Part shown: positions 38,328-47,352 of the stretch, one piece after another
How positions within the stretch are numbered: position 1 is the stretch's first letter
Layout: each line of letters starts with the position of its first letter
DNA from: Clostridia bacterium
GTDB taxonomy: Bacteria > Bacillota > Clostridia > Christensenellales > UBA1242
DNA length: 64,000 bases
NCBI GenBank assembly: GCA_045596905.1
Contig: JAZODG010000007.1
Coordinates: 36,829-100,828, forward strand
Direction of reading: 5' to 3'
Notes under the pieces: model-generated
Seen by the model: only the letters and a program-made list of their open reading frames with translations
Databases searched by the model: none
What the model was told of the DNA's origin: nothing
Program-made: the position numbers and the translations under genes

Positions 38328-40121
38328 TTAGTATTCAACTGAACCGAACCAGTTAAATCTAACGCCGTCCAAATCATTCATACCAAGTCCAGCATAAATT
38401 GTTGAAGAGATTTTGAAGTTCAAAGCTTTATTGCTGAATGCGATGCAGTTTTCTCTGCTTCTATGATATGTGAAGAGTGTAGCTGAATAGTTTTGATAAA
38501 CTGTTGATGTAACCTTATATTTTGAAAGGTTTGTTTTACCTGTAAGTGTAATGTTTGCACCAGTTTGAGTTTCATCGAATGCAACAGTTGCACCAATGAT
38601 TTGTCTACCATAACCGTAAGCAATCAAAACATTAACATTTGAATCAACAATAACATTTTCAAATTTAACAAGTTCTTTGTTTGTTTTGTCTTTTGTGTTT
38701 AATACGTCAACAATAACACCAGCATATACACAGTCATAATCAACATCTGCAACGATTGAAACATTTTTGAATGTTGATTTGTTTGCGTCGCTGTCAGCTG
38801 TTAAGAACACAGCAATACCAGCAGCTTTTCCTAAGCTATTGTTGTGAGCTGTTGTTCCAAGAGCTGTATAGTATTCTGCTCTCTTTTCTGCAGAAGCAGC
38901 AACTTCTTTAACACTAAATTCAATGTTTGTGTTTTCAACATTGATTGTTTCAGCAACAACGAACATACCAGCAACTGTTAATCTTTGTTGTTTAGCAGCA
39001 ACTTCTTTTGAAATGTTGTCTTGAATTGTTGTTTCAATACGTGAATCTTTAACATCAACTTCTGTTGCATAAGCAGCAACACCAGCAACATAATATCTGT
39101 AACCAGCGTTTGTCAAAATTTCAACATCAACTGTTGATTTTTCAACTTCAACATTTTGAGCAGCAGCAAACAATCCACCGATTGCGTTATAACCAATTGG
39201 AACAAGTTCATTGTTTGCATTGAATGTATACAAAGCATATGCAAATGCATTGATAGTTGAATCAACTGTTACGTTTTCAACTTTTGTATCAACTGCAACA
39301 CCAGCAATTGAACCAACTGCAACTTCTGTCAAGAATGAAGAACCATCAGAATAAACACCATTTTCAATGTTTTCACAAACAGCTTTGTCAACATTAACTT
39401 GCATAGCTTCGATTGTTAAATCTTTAACAACTGCCCCATTCATGTCACCAAACAAAGCAACATGTGAAACCAAGTTTTGTTTTGCGTTCTTATATGTAAA
39501 TTCTGATTTAAAGTTGTCAGCGTTTACATTAACAGCGATATTTTTAAGTTTGAAGCCATTTCCGTTGATAACACCAGAAAATGCTGTACCATCATTGAAA
39601 AGAGGAATGTAATTTACACCAGCAAAATCAATGTTTTTACCAAGTTCGAAATAATATGGAACATAAATTTTGTTTCCATCTTCATCTAAAACAAATTCGA
39701 ATACAAGATTTCCTTCTTCATCAACTTTGTTTTGATAAACTTGTTCACCATTTTCATCATACTTTGGAACCAAAGCGCCATTGCCATCATCAACCATAAC
39801 AGGTTCTTTAACAAAAGTTTTCTTTTCTTGAGTTTTTGAACCATATTCTGAAAGCATGCTAACGAAGTTTTCAGCGTTATAAAGAACGTATGGCAACTCT
39901 TCTGAACCATCTCTTAATTCATTGATGTTTTCGTCAATAACGATTTCGTCACCTGGGTCAACAACGTTTTCTCCACCGATCGACACATTTGAACCAGTAC
40001 CACCAATATTTTGATTATTTTTTGATGTAGGTGCAACCAATGAATAAACTGTAAAACTAATCATTGTCACAGCCACTAAAATGCTACAAATTAAAGATAA
40101 AATTAAATTTTTTCTTTTCAT
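38328..40121 (-). CDS. Membrane-anchored surface protein, probable parallel beta-helix
   Basis: N-terminal TM segment. PYVLYNAENFVSML...ELGKNIDFAGVNYIPL...FSGVINGNGFKLKNI is a pattern common in Firmicutes beta-helix surface proteins. A GGAGG SD is present. Confidence 0.45.
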   Translation of the reverse strand: MKRKNLILSLICSILVAVTMISFTVYSLVAPTSKNNQNIGGTGSNVSIGGENVVDPGDEIVIDENINELRDGSEELPYVLYNAENFVSMLSEYGSKTQEKKTFVKEPVMVDDGNGALVPKYDENGEQVYQNKVDEEGNLVFEFVLDEDGNKIYVPYYFELGKNIDFAGVNYIPLFNDGTAFSGVINGNGFKLKNIAVNVNADNFKSEFTYKNAKQNLVSHVALFGDMNGAVVKDLTIEAMQVNVDKAVCENIENGVYSDGSSFLTEVAVGSIAGVAVDTKVENVTVDSTINAFAYALYTFNANNELVPIGYNAIGGLFAAAQNVEVEKSTVDVEILTNAGYRYYVAGVAAYATEVDVKDSRIETTIQDNISKEVAAKQQRLTVAGMFVVAETINVENTNIEFSVKEVAASAEKRAEYYTALGTTAHNNSLGKAAGIAVFLTADSDANKSTFKNVSIVADVDYDCVYAGVIVDVLNTKDKTNKELVKFENVIVDSNVNVLIAYGYGRQIIGATVAFDETQTGANITLTGKTNLSKYKVTSTVYQNYSATLFTYHRSRENCIAFSNKALNFKISSTIYAGLGMNDLDGVRFNWFGSVEY

Positions 40122-40150
40122 TTTTCACAGACCTCCCTTGTCTTTTTAAT

Positions 40151-40179
40151 ATTATACTCTCTTATAGCCAAAATGTCAA
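40151..40179 (-). promoter_or_regulatory. Consensus sigma-A promoter P1 of the 597-aa surface protein gene (TTGACA-17-TATAAT)
   Basis: Perfect hexamers with a 17-nt spacer. Confidence 0.7.
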
Positions 40180-40276
40180 TAGTCATACAAAAATTTCTTG
40201 CTTTAAAAAACGTAAAGTGTGATTATTTCAGCATTTGAGTACAAAAATAATTTATCTTTTTATAACTCACATATAT

Positions 40277-40305
40277 ATCATAACATAATTGTATGCCAAT
40301 TTCAA
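40277..40305 (-). promoter_or_regulatory. Possible upstream promoter P2 (TTGAAA-17-TGtTATGAT)
   Basis: Read directly. Its -35 context (ctaTTGAAAttggc) resembles that of P1 (ctaTTGACAttttggc). Confidence 0.4.
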
Positions 40306-40326
40306 TAGGTTTGTGAAAATTTCATT

Positions 40327-40351
40327 AAAAAAACACCCACAAAGTGGGTGT
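40327..40351 (-). terminator. Rho-independent terminator after the lipoprotein gene
   Basis: 8-bp stem acacccac/gtgggtgt with a 3-nt loop and U7 on the minus strand. Confidence 0.8.
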
Positions 40352-40364
40352 TTTAACTTCTCAT

Positions 40365-41414
40365 TTATCTAACAATTTTAAGTGTTAAATTAACAATGAA
40401 GAGTGAACCGTCTTTTTTGGTTAAGTTTGTGCAAATATTCACTTCAAGCTCATATCCATTTGCAATAGTGTCTGAAAGCAAAATATATGTGCCATCGTCA
40501 CTTGTTTTTGCAAGATTTTTGTTTGAGAGTTGAATTTGAATATCCCCGTCTTGTTCAATCCAAATACTGTTTTCTGTCAAAATGAACATATCAAATTTGA
40601 CAGCTTTATATGAACCAACTGTTTCAAGCTCATTATAGTCTATTTCAACGGTTTGATCGTTTCTAATAAACTTTCCATAGCCTTTTTCTAACAGCAAGAA
40701 TGCATCACCTGCATTTTGTGTTATTGTAACGTCAATTTGACACTTTAAGCCGGTTTGCTCACCGTTTGAGTTCAAAAGATAAACATTAACTTTAGTATGG
40801 GCAGAATTGCCTCTAATTGAGCTAAATTTCAATCTATTTGGATTATAAACACCAATGATTGTTTCATCTTCTGGCTCAACAAGGAAATTGAAGTCATATT
40901 CTGTAACTGGTCTGGTTGAAGAAACACCATTTGCATTCACGAATGTTCCCAAAATATTAATGGAAACTGTTTCATAAGCACCAACAACCATAGTTGCGTG
41001 TTCTGGTCTAATATCAACAGGATATTCTTTTAATCTAATGATGCAGGTGTCTTCAAACTCACCTATTCTCACTTTATATGTAACTTCTTCAAATTTGTTA
41101 GAAGTAACAGTGATTTGACCATCTTCAAACTTATATCTAGCAGAGTTTTGGTCAGTTCCTTTGTTTACAGGGTCAAAATAAATTTTATAGCCTGAGCAGG
41201 TTGAAGGAAACACCTTATAAGTCAATGGAGTTGTAATGTTTGGGTCAACTTCAAAAACAGCATAACCTGTTTCTTCATCATAAATCATTGAGTCGAAGGC
41301 AACACCAACGACTTCGTTTTGAGGGGTAGCACCACAACCAGTCAAAACGAAAGATAATGGCAAAAGCACTACCATAAATAAACATAAAAATAACTTTTTA
41401 AACTTACTCTTCAC
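40365..41414 (-). CDS. Lipoprotein, beta-rich (Ig-like), unknown function
   Basis: Signal peptide with lipobox (LSFVLTGCG). The start is set at GTG 41414, 6 nt after GGAGG. It overlaps the pyk stop by 11 nt. Confidence 0.55.
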   Translation of the reverse strand: MKSKFKKLFLCLFMVVLLPLSFVLTGCGATPQNEVVGVAFDSMIYDEETGYAVFEVDPNITTPLTYKVFPSTCSGYKIYFDPVNKGTDQNSARYKFEDGQITVTSNKFEEVTYKVRIGEFEDTCIIRLKEYPVDIRPEHATMVVGAYETVSINILGTFVNANGVSSTRPVTEYDFNFLVEPEDETIIGVYNPNRLKFSSIRGNSAHTKVNVYLLNSNGEQTGLKCQIDVTITQNAGDAFLLLEKGYGKFIRNDQTVEIDYNELETVGSYKAVKFDMFILTENSIWIEQDGDIQIQLSNKNLAKTSDDGTYILLSDTIANGYELEVNICTNLTKKDGSLFIVNLTLKIVR

Positions 41415-42840
41415 TTTCTGCCTCCTCTTTCTTGATTTCAGAAACAACAAGCATGTTTGACCCAGAAACGCCTGTCAAAATACCTGCAGTTTGAATAACA
41501 ACGTCACCGTCTTTAACTATTCCAGCCTTAAAAGCTCTTTGTCTTGAAGATTTGAGCAATAAGTCTGTGTTATAGTGCATTTTATCAAGAAGTGGTGTAG
41601 CACCCCAGAACATTGCCATTCTGTTATAAATGTTAAAGTTTGGTGTGAGCGCAACAATTTCACATGCAGGTCTGAATCTACTAATATCTTCAACAGACTT
41701 GCCAGAGTTTGATGTAACAAGTATAGCTTTTGCATTAAGTGAATTTGCAAGAGCACAAGATGCATAACCAATACCACAAGTCACACTGTCAGCGTGTGGA
41801 TTCTTTAAAATTTGGCTTGCATAATCAATTGTATTTTCAGTTTCTTTAGCAATTTTTTGCATGGTTTTAACAGCCAAAACAGGATATTTTCCTGCACTGG
41901 TTTCACCAGAAAGCATGATTGCAGAAGTTCCGTCATAAATAGCATTTGCAACGTCAGAGATTTCAGCTCTGGTTGGTCTTGTGTTTGAAATCATAGATTC
42001 AAGCATTTGAGTTGCAGTGATTGAACACTTGCCCTTCTCTTTCGCCATCTCAAGCATAACCTTTTGAACATGTGGAATCTTTTCAAAATCGATTTCAACG
42101 CCAAGGTCACCACGTGCAACCATTACGCCGTCAGACACGTCCATTATCTCAGCAAGGTTTTCAACACCTTTATCAGATTCAATCTTTGAAATAATACATG
42201 CATCTTCTTCACCCAAAGATTCAAGATAGTTTCTAACATCAATAACGTCTTGAGCGTGGTTAACAAATGAAATTGAATAAACATCAACTTCTTCTTGAAC
42301 ACCAAAGGCAATGTCTTTTTTATCATTTTCACTCAAATATTCCATATTGAGTTCAACGCTAGGAAGATTGATAGACTTATTATTTGAAAGTTCACCACCA
42401 ACAACAACGGTTGTATAAATCACCTTGTCAGTTTTTCTGTTAACTGAAAGTTCAATCAAACCATCGTTAAGCAAGATTCTTGTTCCCTTTCTAACAATTT
42501 CAGGCAACTTTTCATAAGTTACTGAAACAATGCTTTCATCACCCAAAACGTTTTCAGTTGTGATTGCAAAGGTTGCACCTTCTTTAAGGAAAACTGAACC
42601 ATTTTTAAACTGTCTGATTCTAACTTCTGGACCCTTTGTATCAAGCATAATTGCAATAGGCAAACCAAGTTCAAACCTAACCTTTTTCACCATATCCATA
42701 AGCTTTCTGTGTCTTTCATGAGTGCCGTGACTCATGTTAAATCTTGCCACATCCATACCGGCTAACATCATTTCTCTTATGGTTTCTTCATCAGCACAAG
42801 CAGGTCCAATGGTACAAACAATTTTTGTTTTATTACTCAT
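41404..42840 (-). CDS. pyk: Pyruvate kinase
   Basis: KTKIVCTIGPA, RFNMSHGTHE and MVARGDLGVEI. Confidence 0.95.
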   Translation of the reverse strand: MSNKTKIVCTIGPACADEETIREMMLAGMDVARFNMSHGTHERHRKLMDMVKKVRFELGLPIAIMLDTKGPEVRIRQFKNGSVFLKEGATFAITTENVLGDESIVSVTYEKLPEIVRKGTRILLNDGLIELSVNRKTDKVIYTTVVVGGELSNNKSINLPSVELNMEYLSENDKKDIAFGVQEEVDVYSISFVNHAQDVIDVRNYLESLGEEDACIISKIESDKGVENLAEIMDVSDGVMVARGDLGVEIDFEKIPHVQKVMLEMAKEKGKCSITATQMLESMISNTRPTRAEISDVANAIYDGTSAIMLSGETSAGKYPVLAVKTMQKIAKETENTIDYASQILKNPHADSVTCGIGYASCALANSLNAKAILVTSNSGKSVEDISRFRPACEIVALTPNFNIYNRMAMFWGATPLLDKMHYNTDLLLKSSRQRAFKAGIVKDGDVVIQTAGILTGVSGSNMLVVSEIKKEEAESEE

Positions 42841-42928
42841 AATAAGTCCTCACACTTATATAATTATACATTATTATTATATTAATAAATAAAACAAAAA
42901 GCAAATAAAAATAAAAGGTATGAACCTT

Positions 42929-43603
42929 TTATTTGTTAAATGAAAAATGTTCTGTTTGATCTATTAATTTTCCAGCCTTCACAAGTTCTAAATGCAAATG
43001 CACACCATCTGCCTTTTCAGCCAAGAAACTAGTAACCGTTCCAAGAGCCATTCCTTTAGTCACCGTGTCACCTTCTTTGACTAAAACATTTGCAGAAAGC
43101 CCCTTATAAACAACAACCAAATCATCGCTTATTCTCAAATAAATAACCGTTCCATTCATCATTGAGTTTTCGATTTTTTCAATCTTTCCACCATAAACAG
43201 CAAACACTTTTTTGCCGTCTTCGCAAGCAAAATCTATACCTTGATGCGTGCACCAAAGTTTTGTTGTTGCGTCATACAAAAGCGACGAATCTGTATACTC
43301 TTTTGATACGGCTGCTTTTTCAAACGGCAAACCAAAAATAATAGGTTCGGCAGAAACTGTGGGTTTGGTCTCTTCCTTTTCACCTTCTTGCTTAATATTG
43401 TCAGCGTCTTTTGAATCGTCTGGATATTCTTTTTGTGTGTCTTTTGAAGTCTCAACCACCACAGTGTCCCCTTCACTGCTCTTGATTGACGTGAATGCTG
43501 AAATTGTAATGATGCCAAGCACCAAAACAGTACAAACACTCACGGTTATTGGATAAATATTCCTTTTAAAAAAATGCTTCGCTTTTAGTAAAAAAGTTCT
43601 CAT
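42929..43603 (-). CDS. M23-family (LytM-type) peptidase, membrane anchored
   Basis: HQGIDF (HxxxD) and GVHLHLEL (HxH) motifs, with an N-terminal TM segment. Confidence 0.75.
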   Translation of the reverse strand: MRTFLLKAKHFFKRNIYPITVSVCTVLVLGIITISAFTSIKSSEGDTVVVETSKDTQKEYPDDSKDADNIKQEGEKEETKPTVSAEPIIFGLPFEKAAVSKEYTDSSLLYDATTKLWCTHQGIDFACEDGKKVFAVYGGKIEKIENSMMNGTVIYLRISDDLVVVYKGLSANVLVKEGDTVTKGMALGTVTSFLAEKADGVHLHLELVKAGKLIDQTEHFSFNK

Positions 43604-43668
43604 AAATCCCCCTTAGTTACTAAAATAATCGTCACATAAAATAAAATTTATACAAAAAAAGAGAAACT

Positions 43669-44952
43669 TTAAATTTCTCCTTCTTTTTTCTCTTTTTTAG
43701 CTTTTGACATTCCTTTAATGATTGAGCTAACTTCATGAACAAATCCATGAACCAAAATCAAATAATAAGATATAATTCTCCAAGCAAGAAGTGCCCAAAC
43801 AATAGCGTCACCAACATACATGCTATAAAGCGAAATAAACGCAATTTCCATTAAACCGGTAGCACCTGGAAGTGGTATGTATGAACCAGCCATAGCACAT
43901 ATATAATACTTCACTACACAAGTCAAAAGAAGCATTGGTATACTCACTTCAATTGTATCGGCAAATGCCATAACAACAAAGAATGAAATACATGCATATG
44001 ACAATGTTTCTATCACGCTATAAATAATCATTTTCAAAAGCAAAACCTTATTTTTTGCAAGATATGCCATTGAAGAACGATATTCACTCACCTGAGAAAG
44101 CCACTTCTTGAGTGACGCTCTATAATTTTTTACAATTTTAAGTTTATATCCGATTTTAACAAGTCCCATAACAAGCGAACGTGTAAAGAGCCCACCTGCA
44201 GAGATTAAAATCATAAATAGCACACCCAAAAGTGTGATTATAAGACCAATAACACCCAAGATTTCAAGTATGACAAACAAGAAATCATAAAGGCCACCAA
44301 CCATCGGAATTCTTGGCAAACCAAAAATGAAGAAACCAAGAGCCAAAAGTGTGCTCACCATGCTATTAATAATCATTTTAATAAGTGGCAAACTTGTTGA
44401 AACTGCTGGTGAAATGCCGTTTTTTGATAAAGTAACAATTTGCATTGGCTGACCACCAACAGCAAAAGGTGTGACGTTATCGTAATACTTTCCAGTCAAA
44501 CCAACATCATATGAAAGTTTCCACCTTGACTCACCTGTTGTCTTTTTGATGAGAGCATGAAACATAAGTGTTTGAGCCAAAATATATACAATATAACAAC
44601 CAACACCACCAAGAAGCCACCACAATCTATTGCCTTGACTCTTTGCATAATCGAAAAAGTTTTGGTCACCAATACTAGAAATAAGCCCCCTAACAATTAT
44701 CACCATGAAAATGATGTTAATCAAAAGAAGAATCGAATTTATGATTGCGCTTTTCTTTTTCTTTTGTGGTTTTTGAGCTGAGATAGCTTCTTCAAGCTTT
44801 TCTTGTGCAATTTGTTCATTGACTTCAACACTGTTTTGCAAACTATCACTTTTCAAAGAAGGAATATTTTTTTCATCAGAAACAACGGCGTCGTTAATGG
44901 CGTCTTTTTTTGTTTCATTTTGCTTAATTTCCAAATTTTCTTTCTTTGACAT
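43669..44952 (-). CDS. Flippase-like / LPG-synthase-TM (UPF0104) family membrane protein with a polar N-terminal extension
   Basis: Multi-TM. NVTPFAVGGQPMQIVTLSKNGISPA is typical of the family. The start is set at ATG 44952 (MSKKENL) because the track start at 44976 lies inside the promoter spacer. Confidence 0.5.
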   Translation of the reverse strand: MSKKENLEIKQNETKKDAINDAVVSDEKNIPSLKSDSLQNSVEVNEQIAQEKLEEAISAQKPQKKKKSAIINSILLLINIIFMVIIVRGLISSIGDQNFFDYAKSQGNRLWWLLGGVGCYIVYILAQTLMFHALIKKTTGESRWKLSYDVGLTGKYYDNVTPFAVGGQPMQIVTLSKNGISPAVSTSLPLIKMIINSMVSTLLALGFFIFGLPRIPMVGGLYDFLFVILEILGVIGLIITLLGVLFMILISAGGLFTRSLVMGLVKIGYKLKIVKNYRASLKKWLSQVSEYRSSMAYLAKNKVLLLKMIIYSVIETLSYACISFFVVMAFADTIEVSIPMLLLTCVVKYYICAMAGSYIPLPGATGLMEIAFISLYSMYVGDAIVWALLAWRIISYYLILVHGFVHEVSSIIKGMSKAKKEKKEGEI

Positions 44953-44958
44953 AGTGCT

Positions 44959-44987
44959 ATTATAAACTTTAAACATTTTTTTGACAA
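44959..44987 (-). promoter_or_regulatory. Putative promoter (TTGTCA-17-TATAAT) ending 6 nt upstream of the ATG at 44952
   Basis: Read directly. There is no SD. Confidence 0.5.
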
Positions 44988-45032
44988 CAAAATAAAAAGA
45001 AAAAGCTAAATTTTAGCCTTTTCTTTTCGTTT

Positions 45033-47252
45033 TTATGTTAAAGATTCAAGCAATGTATCATAATCGATTCTATCGATAATTTCAACTTTACCATCTTCAT
45101 TGAGTTTATGAAGCCATTCATATTCTTTAGCCAAGAAATATGTTCCAGAAGTTTCTGAATCACCAACTAAAGTTTTGTAAAGAGCATCATAGAAATATTC
45201 AAATAATGTTTGGTTTGAAGTTGTTGAAACATAGTTTTTCTTCAAAAGTGAAGCAACAGCCTTAACATAATCTGAGTTTTCAGATAAGTCATAGTTAGCT
45301 GAAATGCCATCTAAGTTAATGATTGAAGATGTTTTATAAACATTTTCAACCTTCATAATATGATAACCATAGTCAGAAACAACTGTCTTTGTGAAATTAC
45401 TAACTTCACCTGTACTATAAATTGCATCTTTGTCTGGGTCAGCCTCAACAAGTTCTCTTGCTCCAATAGCAAAATCTGCAACCCATGAACCATTGTCATC
45501 TGGGTGACTTGAAATAACATAACCAAGTTTGTTTGAAAGTTCGTTGCCAAGAGCATCTGTTGAATAGATCCATTCAAGTTCAAGGAATAAATAAGATGTG
45601 AGCTTGTCTTGAAGTTCTCTAAATGTTTGGTTGTTTTCTCTCATATTTTTTGCTGTTTCAAAAACATAATCAAGTTCAGGATTTGCTTCAGTTGCAGCTT
45701 CAACAGTTTTTGTACCGTCAAACACTTCATAAGCAAGTTCTTCCCAAATAGCATAGTTTTCTTCGTATGCCTTAATTATATCTTCTTTTGTAGCCATCAA
45801 CACAACTTCATCTTCGTTGTATTTATCTTTAAGCAAACCTGTTCCCCCGTCAGAGAAATAGTTGTGTGTGATTTCGCCTGTTGAGTCGTTATATGAATAG
45901 TCTGAAAGTTGAACATATCCATGATAAACTTTCTTTGTTGTGTCATAAACGTCTTTTTGTTCTTCGTCGTAATAATAATAGTTTCCAAATGAAACAATTG
46001 AATCTTTTTCAGCTTTTGTGTTTACTGGTGTAAGCATTGCAAGATTATATTCTGAAGCAAGGGTATTTCTAGCTGCTATGTATGCATCACCAATAACAGA
46101 GTCATAATCACCAGAAGCAGAATAACCATAAAGCTTCTTCACTTCTTCATCAATTTTCTCAGAGAACTTAATCAAAATGTGTTGAACTGTGAAGTAATAT
46201 GTTGAACCACCATAGTGATATAAAAGCAAGCTTGCACCTTCTTCTGTATCGGTGATTTTTGAAACATATGCATCTTCAACTTGATATGTTTGTTTTTCTG
46301 TGTTGTATTGATTCAAGAATGACTTAACAACTGCAGTGTCGCTAAGTGACACAGCGTCACCAAGACCCTTGTAGTTAAGCAAATATTCTTGAGTAAAGTA
46401 GTTTTGGAAGATTACACTGATTTGTGATTCATAATAAGCTTCATAAATACGCAAAACTTCGTCTTTGATAACTGCAGTTTCGTCAGTTGATTTGTTGTTT
46501 GCTTTTGCATTCAAGATGAGTGTTTGCATAAAGTTTGTGTATGCTTGGCTTCTTGCACCTGGAATATAATCTTTTTCAATGTCTGAAACATTTCCAAGTG
46601 TTTCGTTGCCGTCTTCATCTGTTTCAACAACATACTTAAAGAGTCTTTCTTTAAGTGCTGCAATCTTTGAATAAACTTGGTCAGCTGTAAGCTTATCAAC
46701 AACTTTTGATTTTCTATCTTCTAAAACAATTTCACTTACAGGTGACTTATATGCTTCAAATTTTGTATCCCCTGTTTCATCTTCTTCAGCTTGAAGCCAG
46801 AGTGGCATGTTTTCATCTGTATAGCCTTGTTGTGTATAGATAGATTTTTCATATGTGCTAACTTGACTATAGAAATAGCTTTCAAGCGCTTTCCAGACAT
46901 CTTCAGCGTCATCACTTGTGTAGTAGATATAACCTGTTGGGTTTGTTGTTGCGTTATACAAAACGTCAACTGACATATCTTCAACCAAGGTCTTAACTGT
47001 AAGCCAAGTATAGAACGATTCTTCAATAACATCGTTGGTGTAATATGAGAAATATGAGCTGTTGTTGTTATAGTATGTGTAGAACGCATTAATAACGTCA
47101 GCTTCTGTAAGTTCAGTATTACCAACCTTCATTACAACTTTTGCATTAACTTTGCTTTGGTCTTCTTTTACAAGTGAGCAGCCTGAAAAACTAAACAAGC
47201 CTGTAAAAATCAAGCAAATACCCATAAGCAAACTAAAAATTTTCTTTTTCAA
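45033..47252 (-). CDS. Large lipoprotein with a PrsA/parvulin-type PPIase domain interrupted by a long insertion
   Basis: Lipobox FSFSGCS. TVQHILIKF (about aa 356-363) is followed about 200 aa later by YSTDALGN...GYVI...VADFAIGARELV...SDYGYHIMKV (about aa 563-635). TTG start after GGAGG. Confidence 0.55.
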   Translation of the reverse strand: MKKKIFSLLMGICLIFTGLFSFSGCSLVKEDQSKVNAKVVMKVGNTELTEADVINAFYTYYNNNSSYFSYYTNDVIEESFYTWLTVKTLVEDMSVDVLYNATTNPTGYIYYTSDDAEDVWKALESYFYSQVSTYEKSIYTQQGYTDENMPLWLQAEEDETGDTKFEAYKSPVSEIVLEDRKSKVVDKLTADQVYSKIAALKERLFKYVVETDEDGNETLGNVSDIEKDYIPGARSQAYTNFMQTLILNAKANNKSTDETAVIKDEVLRIYEAYYESQISVIFQNYFTQEYLLNYKGLGDAVSLSDTAVVKSFLNQYNTEKQTYQVEDAYVSKITDTEEGASLLLYHYGGSTYYFTVQHILIKFSEKIDEEVKKLYGYSASGDYDSVIGDAYIAARNTLASEYNLAMLTPVNTKAEKDSIVSFGNYYYYDEEQKDVYDTTKKVYHGYVQLSDYSYNDSTGEITHNYFSDGGTGLLKDKYNEDEVVLMATKEDIIKAYEENYAIWEELAYEVFDGTKTVEAATEANPELDYVFETAKNMRENNQTFRELQDKLTSYLFLELEWIYSTDALGNELSNKLGYVISSHPDDNGSWVADFAIGARELVEADPDKDAIYSTGEVSNFTKTVVSDYGYHIMKVENVYKTSSIINLDGISANYDLSENSDYVKAVASLLKKNYVSTTSNQTLFEYFYDALYKTLVGDSETSGTYFLAKEYEWLHKLNEDGKVEIIDRIDYDTLLESLT

Positions 47253-47291
47253 AATATAATCCTCCGAGCATAAATATCATTTCACTAGCAA

Positions 47292-47320
47292 ATTATAATA
47301 ACTTTATACGAAAAAATCAA
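47292..47320 (-). promoter_or_regulatory. Putative promoter of the PrsA-like gene (TTGATT-17-TATAAT)
   Basis: Read directly. Confidence 0.5.
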
Positions 47321-47352
47321 CCCTTTTATGAAATAAACTTTGTTTAAAGTTC

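Noticed and set aside
40160-40320. Two similar sequence blocks (gccaaaatgtcaatag and gccaatttcaatag) upstream of the 597-aa surface protein gene, considered as possible recombinase or invertible-promoter sites
   Set aside because: They are direct repeats, not inverted. Each coincides with the -35 region of a plausible promoter, no recombinase gene is nearby, and tandem promoters explain them.
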